This document shows positions 19,732-30,200 of a stretch of DNA of 60,251 nt, one piece after another; position 1 is the first letter of the stretch; the number at the start of each line of letters is the position of its first letter. The stretch lies in the NCBI GenBank assembly GCA_022450005.1, contig JAKURE010000003.1, positions 1-60,251 of the forward strand, written 5' to 3'. The DNA comes from Halobacteriales archaeon (GTDB lineage Archaea; Halobacteriota; Halobacteria; Halobacteriales; Hikarchaeaceae). The translations under genes were made by a program, and so were the position numbers. The notes under the pieces were generated by a model. That model was not told the DNA's origin and did no database searches. It worked only from the letters and a program-made list of their open reading frames with translations.

Positions 19732-20325
19732 ATGAATCATATACAAAATGCTGCAATATCAATAAAATCCGGGGATCTAATACTATATCCTACAGAAACG
19801 ACTTATGCACTAGGTGCAAACCCACTGAATCCCCTGGCAATCAAAAAATTATTCCTCGCCAAAAAAAGAGACCAGAAAAATCCCCTCTCGATAGCATTTC
19901 CCACTCTCACAGACGCATCTTCTTATGTACACTTATCTGCCAAAACCAAATCTTTCGCACATCAATTTCTCCCAGGACCCGTAACCATTTTATGTAAGCC
20001 AACCAACCCCCAACTCAAACCCATAACTAAAAATGGAAAGATAGGTATCCGGATACCCGACCATCCCCTCGCATTAGATCTGTTAGAAAAATCAAATCCC
20101 ATAACCGCAACAAGTGCCAATATTAGTGGAAAACCCGGAGCATGCAGTATATCTGAGATAGACCCCGAATTATTATCTTCCATTTCCGCTATAATAGATG
20201 GGAAACAAACACCTGGTGGAAAAAGCACCGTGGTTGACATAGACGAGTCAACTATCATCCGAAAAGGGTCTCAATATGAGGAAATAAAGGTGTGGCTAGG
20301 AAATTATCCATCAATTTCTTTCTGA
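19732..20325 (+). CDS. tsaC: L-threonylcarbamoyladenylate synthase (Sua5/YrdC/TsaC family)
   Basis: 197 aa. YPTETTYALGAN, RIPDHPLA and TSANISG motifs. Confidence 0.85.
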   Translation: MNHIQNAAISIKSGDLILYPTETTYALGANPLNPLAIKKLFLAKKRDQKNPLSIAFPTLTDASSYVHLSAKTKSFAHQFLPGPVTILCKPTNPQLKPITKNGKIGIRIPDHPLALDLLEKSNPITATSANISGKPGACSISEIDPELLSSISAIIDGKQTPGGKSTVVDIDESTIIRKGSQYEEIKVWLGNYPSISF

Positions 20326-20396
20326 ATAAAACTTAACTTTTAATAACTGTAAGTCCAATCAACTATAATTTGAACCATACTCAATAGTGATACTTT

Positions 20397-22472
20397 ATGA
20401 CATCTACCCTCCCTCTCGAAAATGCAATTACAAGACCTATTTTTTGGGAGATAGGATCTGTTGGGAAGCTTTTATTTTATTATCTAGCCCTTGTCGGATC
20501 AATCATATTTATCCACGGCATCCGTTTGCGTTTGAATCGCTATGCCTCCGGGAGCGAAGATCCTACCAACCGATTGGATAACCTTCCTCATAGAATATTT
20601 TATTCACTTAAATTTATTGCACGAAACACAGGCCAATTTGACAGAGATGTTTACGCAGGCATTATGCATACTCTAATTCTTTGGGGGTTTCTAACGCTGA
20701 CAATAGGGACTACCATCCTTGCCATAGACATCGACCTATACCGCAAACTAACAAAAAAATCATTTTTCGTTGGTGATTTTTACCTAGTTTACTCCTTCGT
20801 TATGGATGCGCTGGGTTTTCTTTTGGTAATTGGAATTGTGATGGTCATCTATCGTCGTTATTTTGTGAGAACGGACAGATTACACGGGAAACACACCAGT
20901 CTCGAAGATGATTTGTTTATTTTTTCTTTACTTTATCTTTCAGTCGGTGGGTATCTCTTAGAAGGCATACGCATTTTGGGCCAGGAATTTCCATCTTTTG
21001 AGAAAGTTAGTTTTGTGGGCTGGTTTATTGCACTATCACTTTCAAAAATTGGGATATCACCCTTGGTATCTCAATCTATATACCCCATATTTTGGTGGGC
21101 CCATGTATTCATTGGCGGACTGTTCACAGTATTGATTCCTTATGCAAAACCATTCCACATGTTCTCTAGCTTAGCCAACGTAATAGCCCGGGACGAACTA
21201 TCCGGAATCCGCCTACCTAGGATTCCTGAAAATGCAGCACCTTCTGACATAGGACCTACTAACATCGAAGATTTTTCTTGGAAGCAATTACTCGATCACG
21301 ACGCATGCACAAAATGCGGAAGATGCTCATCTGTTTGTCCAGCAACAGCATCCGGGAGAGACTTGGACCCTAGAGATATAATTCTAGATCTAAAACGATA
21401 TAAAGACGAACTAGATCTAGGGATAATTGAAAAACGTCCCATCATCGCCGACGGGGGGAGTGTTGTATCAATAAATTCTATGGAATCTTGTATGTCTTGC
21501 TTAGCTTGTGTAGACGCATGTCCCGTTGGAATCGAACATGTGACTCAATTTACAGAAATGAACCGAAGACTCGTTGAATCTGGCCAAATAAATGAAAACC
21601 TACAATCGATCATGACTGATATATTCACTCATGGAAATTCATTCGGCACATCTGAGAGGAAACGACCAGAATGGGTCGAAGATCTCCCCTTCTCAATACC
21701 CGACGCACGCGATTCAAAAGTGCAATACCTATGGTATGTTGGAGATTTACCTAGTTATGACCCACGTAACCAAAAAATAGCCAAATCCCTCGCACATATA
21801 TTCCATGAAACAGGGGTTTCTTATGGAATCTTATACGAATCTGAGAGAAATGATGGGAATGACATCAGAAGAATTGGTGAAGAAGGATTATATGAAATGT
21901 TGGCAGAAACCAACATCGAACTATTCAATCAATGCGACTTTGAAACCATAGTCTGCACAGACCCCCACTCTTACAATACAATAAAAAATGAATATCCACA
22001 ATTTGGATTTAATGCAAATGTTCGCCACTATACTGGAGTTTTGGAAGAGTTAGTTAATTCTGGCATACTAGTGATCCCCAACTCTCTAAATTATTCTGTC
22101 ACCTACCACGACCCCTGCCATCTTGGTAGGTATAACCACGAATACGAAGCCCCACGTCAACTCATTGAAAAAACTGGTTGCACTCTCTATGAGATGCCAC
22201 GAAATAGGCGAAGCTCATTTTGCTGTGGCGGAGGTGGAGGCGGAATTTGGATGGATTTCCCCGATACAAAAAAACCATCAGAAGAACGTCTAAGAGAGGC
22301 GTTAGAAGATACAAAAAAAGCTGCAGAGAAATTTGTTGTATCTTGCCCCCAATGCATGACGATGTATGAAGATGGTAGAAAAACAGGTGGGTTCGAAAAT
22401 CAACTTGAAATCATAGACGTAGCAGAATTAGTAGCAGAAGCAATCATAACTAACAATCTCACCAAAGTGTAA
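20397..22472 (+). CDS. Membrane-anchored Fe-S oxidoreductase, NarI-like domain fused to HdrD/GlpC-like domain
   Basis: 691 aa. About 5-6 N-terminal TM helices, two 4Fe-4S motifs (CTKCGRCSSVCP, CMSCLACVDACP) and two CCG-type Cys-rich regions (e.g. FCCGGGGG). Confidence 0.75.
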   Translation: MTSTLPLENAITRPIFWEIGSVGKLLFYYLALVGSIIFIHGIRLRLNRYASGSEDPTNRLDNLPHRIFYSLKFIARNTGQFDRDVYAGIMHTLILWGFLTLTIGTTILAIDIDLYRKLTKKSFFVGDFYLVYSFVMDALGFLLVIGIVMVIYRRYFVRTDRLHGKHTSLEDDLFIFSLLYLSVGGYLLEGIRILGQEFPSFEKVSFVGWFIALSLSKIGISPLVSQSIYPIFWWAHVFIGGLFTVLIPYAKPFHMFSSLANVIARDELSGIRLPRIPENAAPSDIGPTNIEDFSWKQLLDHDACTKCGRCSSVCPATASGRDLDPRDIILDLKRYKDELDLGIIEKRPIIADGGSVVSINSMESCMSCLACVDACPVGIEHVTQFTEMNRRLVESGQINENLQSIMTDIFTHGNSFGTSERKRPEWVEDLPFSIPDARDSKVQYLWYVGDLPSYDPRNQKIAKSLAHIFHETGVSYGILYESERNDGNDIRRIGEEGLYEMLAETNIELFNQCDFETIVCTDPHSYNTIKNEYPQFGFNANVRHYTGVLEELVNSGILVIPNSLNYSVTYHDPCHLGRYNHEYEAPRQLIEKTGCTLYEMPRNRRSSFCCGGGGGGIWMDFPDTKKPSEERLREALEDTKKAAEKFVVSCPQCMTMYEDGRKTGGFENQLEIIDVAELVAEAIITNNLTKV

Positions 22473-22989
22473 CCAACTTAAGTGCGACCACCGCGAGAAT
22501 GGTTTCAAAAACTAGCGTTCCTAATGCGGACAAAACTATGAATTTTTTATCTCCCATCTTTGCTAGTCCCGCAGGAACTGTCAACATGCCTCTTGTAAAA
22601 AACATAGTATTCGAGATTGGTATTACTATTGCACCCCATTGATAAAACCACCCATCGAACCTTTCTAAATGGGATTCTTTAACCCGAAACCATTTCTTCT
22701 TTAATAAACCCTCCCTCCCTATCCTCTTTGCAACTAGAAAAAGTGAATACTGTCCTATTGTGGCTCCAAAAACCGCAATGAAAATGACCAACGCATATTC
22801 TGCTGGAGAATTTGCCAGAAAAACAACCGCTATGGGAACTAGACTTTCTGAAGGTGCAAAATACAATAACATAGCACCCTCCAATACAAAAACTAAGAAC
22901 AAAGCCAAATATCCATATTGTGATAAAAATTCTTGCACAAAAATAGTAGAAGTTGAAACTATTGCCAAAACTATCTTTATCTTAGACAT
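22459..22989 (-). CDS. DedA family membrane protein
   Basis: 176 aa. DedA-like N-terminal motif (VLEGAMLLYFAPSESLVP) and several TM helices. Confidence 0.7.
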   Translation of the reverse strand: MSKIKIVLAIVSTSTIFVQEFLSQYGYLALFLVFVLEGAMLLYFAPSESLVPIAVVFLANSPAEYALVIFIAVFGATIGQYSLFLVAKRIGREGLLKKKWFRVKESHLERFDGWFYQWGAIVIPISNTMFFTRGMLTVPAGLAKMGDKKFIVLSALGTLVFETILAVVALKLVTLW

Positions 22990-23072
22990 CCCCCTTCAAA
23001 GAGATTCCGGCAAAATCATCTCTTCTTTCAACATCGAATGGTGTTTAATCGTTGGAATCCTCATTAATCAAT

Positions 23073-23984
23073 ATGAAAAAGAGGAAGGTAATCACTCTTG
23101 CAATTGAAGATTCACTTCCCTCTATCCAACGAGTAGATGATATCAAAACAAAACTCGAATCCCGTAATTATACTGTAGAACTACAAAAAACCAAAAAACC
23201 TGATACAACCTCCTCGAAAAACTTCACCGATCGCATCAAAAAAGAAGAGGAATTTATTAAACACTTAAATCAAAAAGTATTGGAATCAGAAGTCGACGGA
23301 GCAGTCTACTCTTTAACCCACTTCCCAACTAATTCTCCCCCCGACTTGATTTTATCAAGCATAACTCGACAAGATGTCATCCGGGACGTATTGCTCACTC
23401 CCGATGGGAGCTCTCCAACAAATTTGCCCAGCGAAACTATTGTTGGATTGTCTAACCATAGAAACGCCAAACAACTGCATTCGATTCGCCCAGAACTCAA
23501 ACAAGAATTTTTGTTTGAAGAACCACTCTCTCAATTTGAAAATTGGTTTTCAAATGACCAAAAAAACAAAGCACTCCTATTACCTTTTGAAGACTTAAAT
23601 CCTGAAAAATTTTCAAACCAAACAAAAACATTTTTCGTACCTCTAAAATATTTCGTCCCAGCACCCTGCCAAGGAACTTTGTCGATAGCTTCTCTCGATG
23701 ACACCAAATTAAGTACAACCTTGTACAACTTGTTAGATAATCCCCGTTCACGTGTCGAGGCAATAACTGAAAGAGTAATTTTATCTCATATAAACTCAGA
23801 ATTGGTTCCTTCTGCTGGCATCCACGCAACCGTAAGGGGAGAAACTGTACACACAATCGTTCAATTATTCAGCGATTCTTCTGATAAAAATATCAATACA
23901 CACCGAGATCTTCCCATTAGAACTTACTTAGAGTCCGCAACTGAGTTCGCCATCAATTTGAACACAATGGTGAACGAATCTTGA
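23073..23984 (+). CDS. Hydroxymethylbilane synthase (HemC)-like protein, probably catalytically inactive
   Basis: Collinear with HemC: LESEVDGAVYSL, LLTPDG...LPSETIVGLSNHRNAKQL, FVPAPCQGTLSI, PRSRVEAITERVIL. The cofactor Cys box GGGC reads NSEL, the KD box reads TH, and most substrate Arg residues are missing. The ORF opens at TTG 23052; the first ATG is at 23073. Confidence 0.6.
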   Translation: MKKRKVITLAIEDSLPSIQRVDDIKTKLESRNYTVELQKTKKPDTTSSKNFTDRIKKEEEFIKHLNQKVLESEVDGAVYSLTHFPTNSPPDLILSSITRQDVIRDVLLTPDGSSPTNLPSETIVGLSNHRNAKQLHSIRPELKQEFLFEEPLSQFENWFSNDQKNKALLLPFEDLNPEKFSNQTKTFFVPLKYFVPAPCQGTLSIASLDDTKLSTTLYNLLDNPRSRVEAITERVILSHINSELVPSAGIHATVRGETVHTIVQLFSDSSDKNINTHRDLPIRTYLESATEFAINLNTMVNES

Positions 23985-25432
23985 CGGATTCCTCACTCAC
24001 CCAATTAAAAAATAGGGCAACACAATGTGCCAAATATGTCCTAGACTCTAGCTCTGTCCTTTGCATTTCCCATATAGATGCTGATGGTTTAACTAGCGCA
24101 GCAATAACAACCCAAGCCATCAAACGAGCAGGAATTCCAATTTCAACTGCATTCTCTAAGAGATTAGGCGAACCAGAATTACAACAATTACAAAAAACTA
24201 ACTATGACACAATTCTTTTCACAGATTTTGGAAGTGGACAACTAGAGCAAATAATAGAATATAGTGAAAAAGGAAACTTTACACCTGTTATTTGTGATCA
24301 CCACCAACTCTCAGTCACCCCCTCTGATTCTTCACCACATCCAGATGATTTTGACTTTCATTTGAATCCACTCCTATTTGGAATTGATGGGGCATCTGAA
24401 CTATCTGGTGCAGGGACCTGTTATTTACTTGCAAGAGCTTTAGAATCAGAAGGGGTCGATAATAGAGACTTAGCAGCGCTTGCTATTATAGGTGCAATCG
24501 GGGATATGCAAGCAAGGGCAGAAGGATTGATTGGCCCAAATAAACAAATAGCCCAAGAGGGCGCAGATAAAGGCGTATTGAATATAAAACTCGGTTTGGC
24601 ATTTTATGGAAAACAAACTAGACCTCTACCAAAATTACTAGAATATTCTTCCGAATTCGGGATCCCAGGTATCTCTAATGACTCTTCCGGTGCTATCCGT
24701 TTCTTAAAAAACTTAAACATCGATCTACGTGGAAATGGCAAGTGGAAAGCTTGGGCGGAACTTTCCCATTCTGAACAAAAAACAATACTTAATGGTTTAG
24801 TTAGACATTCAATTTCTCGTGGAATCTCCCCTGATAAAATAAATTCCTTTGTTTCTCCCATTTATGAATTAGAAAATGAAATTATAGGAACCGAACTCCG
24901 AGAGGCAAATGAATTTTCTACAATTTTAAATGCAACAGCAAGGTACGGGCGCCCCGACGTTGGCTTGTCCATATGCCTCGGGGATCGTGATAAATCATTA
25001 TCAAGAGCAAAAAATTTGCTAGCCATCCATAGAAGAAATCTAGCCGAAGGAATTAGTTTGATTAATAGAGACGGTGTCCAAATGGAAGAAAATTTTCAAT
25101 GGTTCCACGCAGGAGACAAAATCCGAGACACAATCGTGGGCATCGTCGCGGGAATGGTTTTGGGAATGGACGGAACTGACCCAAATAAACCCATTTTTGC
25201 CTTTGCGAAAACTGAAGAAGGTGATTTAAAAGTGTCATCCAGAGGAAATTTGTCCCTGGTAAAACAAGGATTGAATCTCTCCGAAATAATGAGATTATCT
25301 GCACAATACGTTGGAGGGGAAGGTGGCGGACATGACATAGCAGCTGGAGCAACCATTCCTTTAAAAACAGAAAAATTATTCCTTGAACAAATCAAAACCA
25401 CACTCGAAGCCCAACTCTCAACCCAAGGTTAA
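23981..25432 (+). CDS. DHH-family RecJ-like protein (archaeal RecJ/GAN/Cdc45-like)
   Basis: 483 aa. DHH motifs ISHIDADGLTS, ICDHHQ, GAIGDMQ and the DHHA1 motif GGGHDIAAGA. A TTG start overlaps the upstream stop (TTGA). Confidence 0.8.
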   Translation: MTDSSLTQLKNRATQCAKYVLDSSSVLCISHIDADGLTSAAITTQAIKRAGIPISTAFSKRLGEPELQQLQKTNYDTILFTDFGSGQLEQIIEYSEKGNFTPVICDHHQLSVTPSDSSPHPDDFDFHLNPLLFGIDGASELSGAGTCYLLARALESEGVDNRDLAALAIIGAIGDMQARAEGLIGPNKQIAQEGADKGVLNIKLGLAFYGKQTRPLPKLLEYSSEFGIPGISNDSSGAIRFLKNLNIDLRGNGKWKAWAELSHSEQKTILNGLVRHSISRGISPDKINSFVSPIYELENEIIGTELREANEFSTILNATARYGRPDVGLSICLGDRDKSLSRAKNLLAIHRRNLAEGISLINRDGVQMEENFQWFHAGDKIRDTIVGIVAGMVLGMDGTDPNKPIFAFAKTEEGDLKVSSRGNLSLVKQGLNLSEIMRLSAQYVGGEGGGHDIAAGATIPLKTEKLFLEQIKTTLEAQLSTQG

Positions 25433-25437
25433 CAAAT

Positions 25438-25758
25438 ATGTCCGAATTTGATCCATCCTCATTTGAAAATAAATATGTCCATTATCTCCTAGAATTAGAA
25501 TCCGCTTATAAAAACGCATTTTCTACTATGTTAGAAAAGTTTGACTCCAAAGTTATTCACGCAATAGATCAAGGGGTTCTAGTTGAAAGTGAACCCATCT
25601 ATGAAAATGGAGAGTTTCAAATCATCTTACCCGAAAATCCCGGGGCATTAATGGGGTCTATTTTAATTGACAACGAAACTTTGAATCAAATCCTAGAAGA
25701 ATACAAGATTGAATTAACAAAGGAATTAAAATTTATTTTTGGAATGGATTCACAATGA
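25438..25758 (+). CDS. Conserved hypothetical protein
   Basis: 106 aa, acidic. It starts 5 nt after the recJ-like stop. No motif recognised. Confidence 0.5.
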   Translation: MSEFDPSSFENKYVHYLLELESAYKNAFSTMLEKFDSKVIHAIDQGVLVESEPIYENGEFQIILPENPGALMGSILIDNETLNQILEEYKIELTKELKFIFGMDSQ

Positions 25759-25777
25759 GGGAATTTATTTTTTATAA

Positions 25778-27292
25778 ATGGGGTATTCTGTTATGGTAGC
25801 CAAAAACCAGAATATACTTCTCATTGTGATGGACACTGTGCGAAGAGATCGCCTCTCAATTTATGGATATGATAAAGAGGTGTGTCCATCTTTAGAAGAA
25901 TTATCTAAAGAAGCTCTGGTTCTTGAACACGCAATCTCCCCTGCTCCCTGGACACTCCCTGTACACGCTTCTTTATTCACCGGCCTATATCCTAGTGAAC
26001 ACGGAGCAAGTCAAGAGCGACCATATCTCCCAAAAGATTCTATCACTCTAGCTACCTCTCTATCTAAAAGTGGATATTCAACCGCTTGCTATTCTTCAAA
26101 CGCATGGATAACACCTTATACTGGTTTGACATCCGGATTTGAAGATATAGATAGTTTCTTTGAAATCATCCCACAACCTTTGTTATCTCCCTTAGTATCT
26201 ACATTTTATGCTTGGTTTTGGAGAACAATAAATTCAAAAAAACGATTCAACTCTTTCGCAACTAAATTAGTCGAAGTAGGAAATGAAATTCACGAATACC
26301 TTTCAATTAAAAGTAAATTATCCGATTCAAAAACCCCCGCTGTCATCGATAAAACTATTAATTTCATAGATTCACATGAGAAATATTTTGTATTTATTAA
26401 TTTAATGGACGCCCACCTCCCCTATAACCCTCCGAAAAACTGTAGAGATAAATTTGCTCCAATGGCCGATCCAAATTCAGTGTGCCAAAACTCTAAAGAA
26501 TATAATTCTGGTTCTCGAGACATTTCTAAAAATGAATGGGACCATATCCGTCAATTATACGACGCTGAAATTTACCATCTAGATTCCCAACTGGGTAGGT
26601 TATTTGACTGGATGAAAGCAAACAACAAATGGGATGATACATTGATAATAGTTTGTGCAGACCATGGAGAATTGCACGGAGAACATAATTTATATGGACA
26701 TGAGTTTTGCATTTACGACCAACTTGTCCACGTCCCGCTATTAATTAAACATGATGATCTCCATAAAAACATCCAAAACCACCAAATAGAATTAATTGAT
26801 TTATACCATACTATTATAGACGCTTCTGGGGGATTTGTCGCGAAGAACGGAACGCCACTTAATGAAACAAGATCCCTTTTATCTCCCACATATCGAAAGT
26901 TTGAAGGATCTGAATTCGCCTTCATCGAATATTCAAAACCAATTGTTGAGCTACAACAACTAGAATCAAAAGCAAAAAAATCTCACATAACGATTGATAA
27001 AAATTCTCGTTTCTACTCTAGGATGAGGGGCATACGAACCAAAGAAATAAAATATATAAAAAACGAAACAATCATAGATGAATTTTATAAACTTGATGAA
27101 GATCCCGGCGAATTAAATAACCAAATTCATTCTAAATATCCAACTATTGACACACTCCAAAATTCTTTATCTTCATTTGAGATAACCACCGGCGCAAATT
27201 GGGATTCTATTATCGACCCAACCAACGATACCACCTCCGATATGGATGAACAAGTACGAGATAGATTGCGAGATCTCGGCTATTTAGATTAA
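25778..27292 (+). CDS. Sulfatase-like alkaline-phosphatase-superfamily enzyme (Thr-type nucleophile)
   Basis: 504 aa. N-terminal metal motif LLIVMDTVRRD, TLPVHASLFTG at the position of the CxPxR sulfatase box, and ADHGE. No signal peptide or TM helix is evident. Confidence 0.7.
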   Translation: MGYSVMVAKNQNILLIVMDTVRRDRLSIYGYDKEVCPSLEELSKEALVLEHAISPAPWTLPVHASLFTGLYPSEHGASQERPYLPKDSITLATSLSKSGYSTACYSSNAWITPYTGLTSGFEDIDSFFEIIPQPLLSPLVSTFYAWFWRTINSKKRFNSFATKLVEVGNEIHEYLSIKSKLSDSKTPAVIDKTINFIDSHEKYFVFINLMDAHLPYNPPKNCRDKFAPMADPNSVCQNSKEYNSGSRDISKNEWDHIRQLYDAEIYHLDSQLGRLFDWMKANNKWDDTLIIVCADHGELHGEHNLYGHEFCIYDQLVHVPLLIKHDDLHKNIQNHQIELIDLYHTIIDASGGFVAKNGTPLNETRSLLSPTYRKFEGSEFAFIEYSKPIVELQQLESKAKKSHITIDKNSRFYSRMRGIRTKEIKYIKNETIIDEFYKLDEDPGELNNQIHSKYPTIDTLQNSLSSFEITTGANWDSIIDPTNDTTSDMDEQVRDRLRDLGYLD

Positions 27293-27296
27293 TTCC

Positions 27297-30200
27297 TTAT
27301 CTAATTTCCCCTTTTATTTCCACGGGGGCCGAAGCAAAATAACTTAGATCACTCTGTTTATTCTTGTCGTTTTCAAAAATACTCTTCAACGACTTTTCAA
27401 TAATATTCAACCTCTGCTTCGTATATTCCCTGCATTCAAATTCCTCTGCCATAAACATCGCTGCTTTAAGATATTTCGAAATAGATTTTTGATGAACTGT
27501 TAAATGAACCTCCCCTCCACACTGTCTACAACTTCTTGATAGTGGCATTCTCCTATACTTTATACTACACGCTGGACAACGAGTTTCTTGTCGCGAAAAC
27601 GCACGAAGGTTTCCCAAAAGATCTGGAAGAAAATGATACTCTATAATTCGCTCTGCAACATCTGTCTCATCAACCGCTCTAATTTTTCTTGCTAGATTTA
27701 ATTGAGCATTTAATTTATCCAACATAGGACCTAGAGTTTTGTAAGCCGATAACCTTGGACCTGATGCTATGTTTGAAGTATCGTGTGTGTGTAAAAGATC
27801 TGCGTATAATTTTCCTTTTTCAATTTCATCTCTGGCGAGTTTAACACCCACAGTGTTTGGATGTTCCAAATCCATCGTTGCTTCGTAGAACTCAAGTGGA
27901 TATCTATCAACACTATCGAGATTTTGAGCTTCATCATCAATCTCAGTTGGATTAAGCACCGCAGACATCACTAGAGGCGCGTCCATTTTCCCCCCTCTTT
28001 TATCAGGCAAATAACTTCTACTGAAGTTCAATAAACCATCTAGAAGAAGCATCACACAATCCTCATCACCATCACAATTTCTTCTTTTTGCCGCATGGAA
28101 ATATGGATGGGCATATCCCACCGATGCATTTGTGAATCCCAATATTCTTCCAACAACTGCAGCACTCGTATGTGGTGCTAGTCCCAACACTAGCCTCCCG
28201 ATCAAATCATCAGCCTCTTGGATATTATAAAATGGATCCAATCCATAGTATTTCACCAACAAATCATCAATGAAATTCGCAGTACGTTTCAAATGCTCCG
28301 CAGCACCTTGGGACAAAATAAGATCCTGAACACGTATTGGAATCAGCTGATTCTCATTTTTTAATGGTTCCCCTTTTATATCAAATTCATATCCCAATCC
28401 TTGTAATTTTGAAACTGGAATGCCCAATTCTGAAGCACGGAAACTAGAAACTGGAAGGTCTGTCATGTCATACCGTATAGTCCCATCTTTGAATGTGGAA
28501 ACATTGTGTTTTGCTCTAAGAATTCCTTTCTCTATTGGCTCTGGAGTTTTATTCTTAGAAGTAAGTGCCTTTACACCTTTCAGAATCTCAAATGCACTTT
28601 CCCTTTCATTTACCATTTCTAATGCATCCTTATAGATCTCTTCCAACCCCATCTTATCAAAAAATTCAGGCCGTGTTTTCGATCCACAGTTGGGGCACGG
28701 CATGTCTACCTCTCCCTGATTTTGAAGACATCTCGATTTACATTTTCCGCAAAGATATACTGGAGAAGCTTTCTCACCACATTGCTGACACGAAAATCGA
28801 TGAGTTTCTACATTACAACTAGTACACATCCTCTTTCCAATTTCAGTTTTTATCAATCCTTTCTTGGCATACACTCGCTCGAATGATTTTGACGCGCGGG
28901 ATATATCTCGCCTGTCTCCTCCTGATTCTCCTATTGGGAAAAGAGAGTGAACCGAGGGACTCATTTCACGTGACTCCGATTTTTCGGGTCTTCCCATTCT
29001 CCCACCTATTCGCGTTGGTGCTCGCTCTCTAATAATAAATGGGGATACTTCATTAACAACTTTCATAGCATTTGGCCACGACCCCGCCCCAGACGTCATC
29101 GATTCCCACAATTTAGTTAGGTCTTCAGAAAGCCCCAATGAGATAATTAATGGGAGCGGATCTTTGATCTCAATCTCCTCCAAAACCTCATGTTCTATTA
29201 ACAAAGACTCGAGAATTTTTTTAATACTTGAACTAAATTCCACAAATAAAACACCACCCGAGATATGTCCTTTTGAAACACTATCACTAATTTCTTCAAA
29301 TTGCATCGGTGTGATGTCGTGCCATAAATATGTATATTTTGGGTGCAGCGGGACTTTTAATTCTTTTGACCATTTGATTACTTGAGTGGCATCTGGATCT
29401 TCAAATTTGACATTCCCGGAGTCCAACAAAGATTGCATATTGATCCCTTCTTTTTCACCATCCAAAATCCACCATTCTACTACATACGACGAAGGTAGCA
29501 AATTACGATTATTCTCTACAAACTCCCCAAAACCAATTAAACACTCTCCCAAATCAATGATGCTGTCTATTTCTCTTTTGATATCTACAACCTCTTCGAT
29601 GGTCTTCACACGGCGAACTTCCCCTGTGTTTAGCCTCACAGTTGGACCTTCTATGGTATCCACTGGGACAACCCCTGCAGCTTTGCCTGGATATTCTGTT
29701 TTCAATTGAGTCCCTGGAGCAAGAAAGTCATCCAGTATGTGCATAGTGACTGGATGTATTCCTATAGTTGACAAACCTGTATTTCTAGCCCTTCCATATC
29801 TAAGTCTAAACCCACCCGGCCGAGAAGGATGTGAAAAAACAGGCCTTCCTGCAATTATATCCCGTAAATATTTGTCCTCTGGTTTAGCACGTTTGGGGCC
29901 CTCTACTTCCTCTATTACTTCTTCTATTTCCTCCGTTGAATTTACTTCTGAAAATTTCCCCTCGATAAGATCATTTAACCACGGCCATTCAATTCCCTTT
30001 AATTGCGAAGTGTATCTCTCGATTTTTGGAGCCTTCAGGGCAATCCCTTCTGCAAGAACAAGACACATCCCACCTCTCGATTTGTTAGTTTTCACCCGCC
30101 CCAAATCTCTATAACCTGATACTTCCATTTTCCCAGTTGGCTCCCCGTCCAACATTATCGGACAATTACGAGCAATAAATTTCGTCTCTTCAGCCGACGG

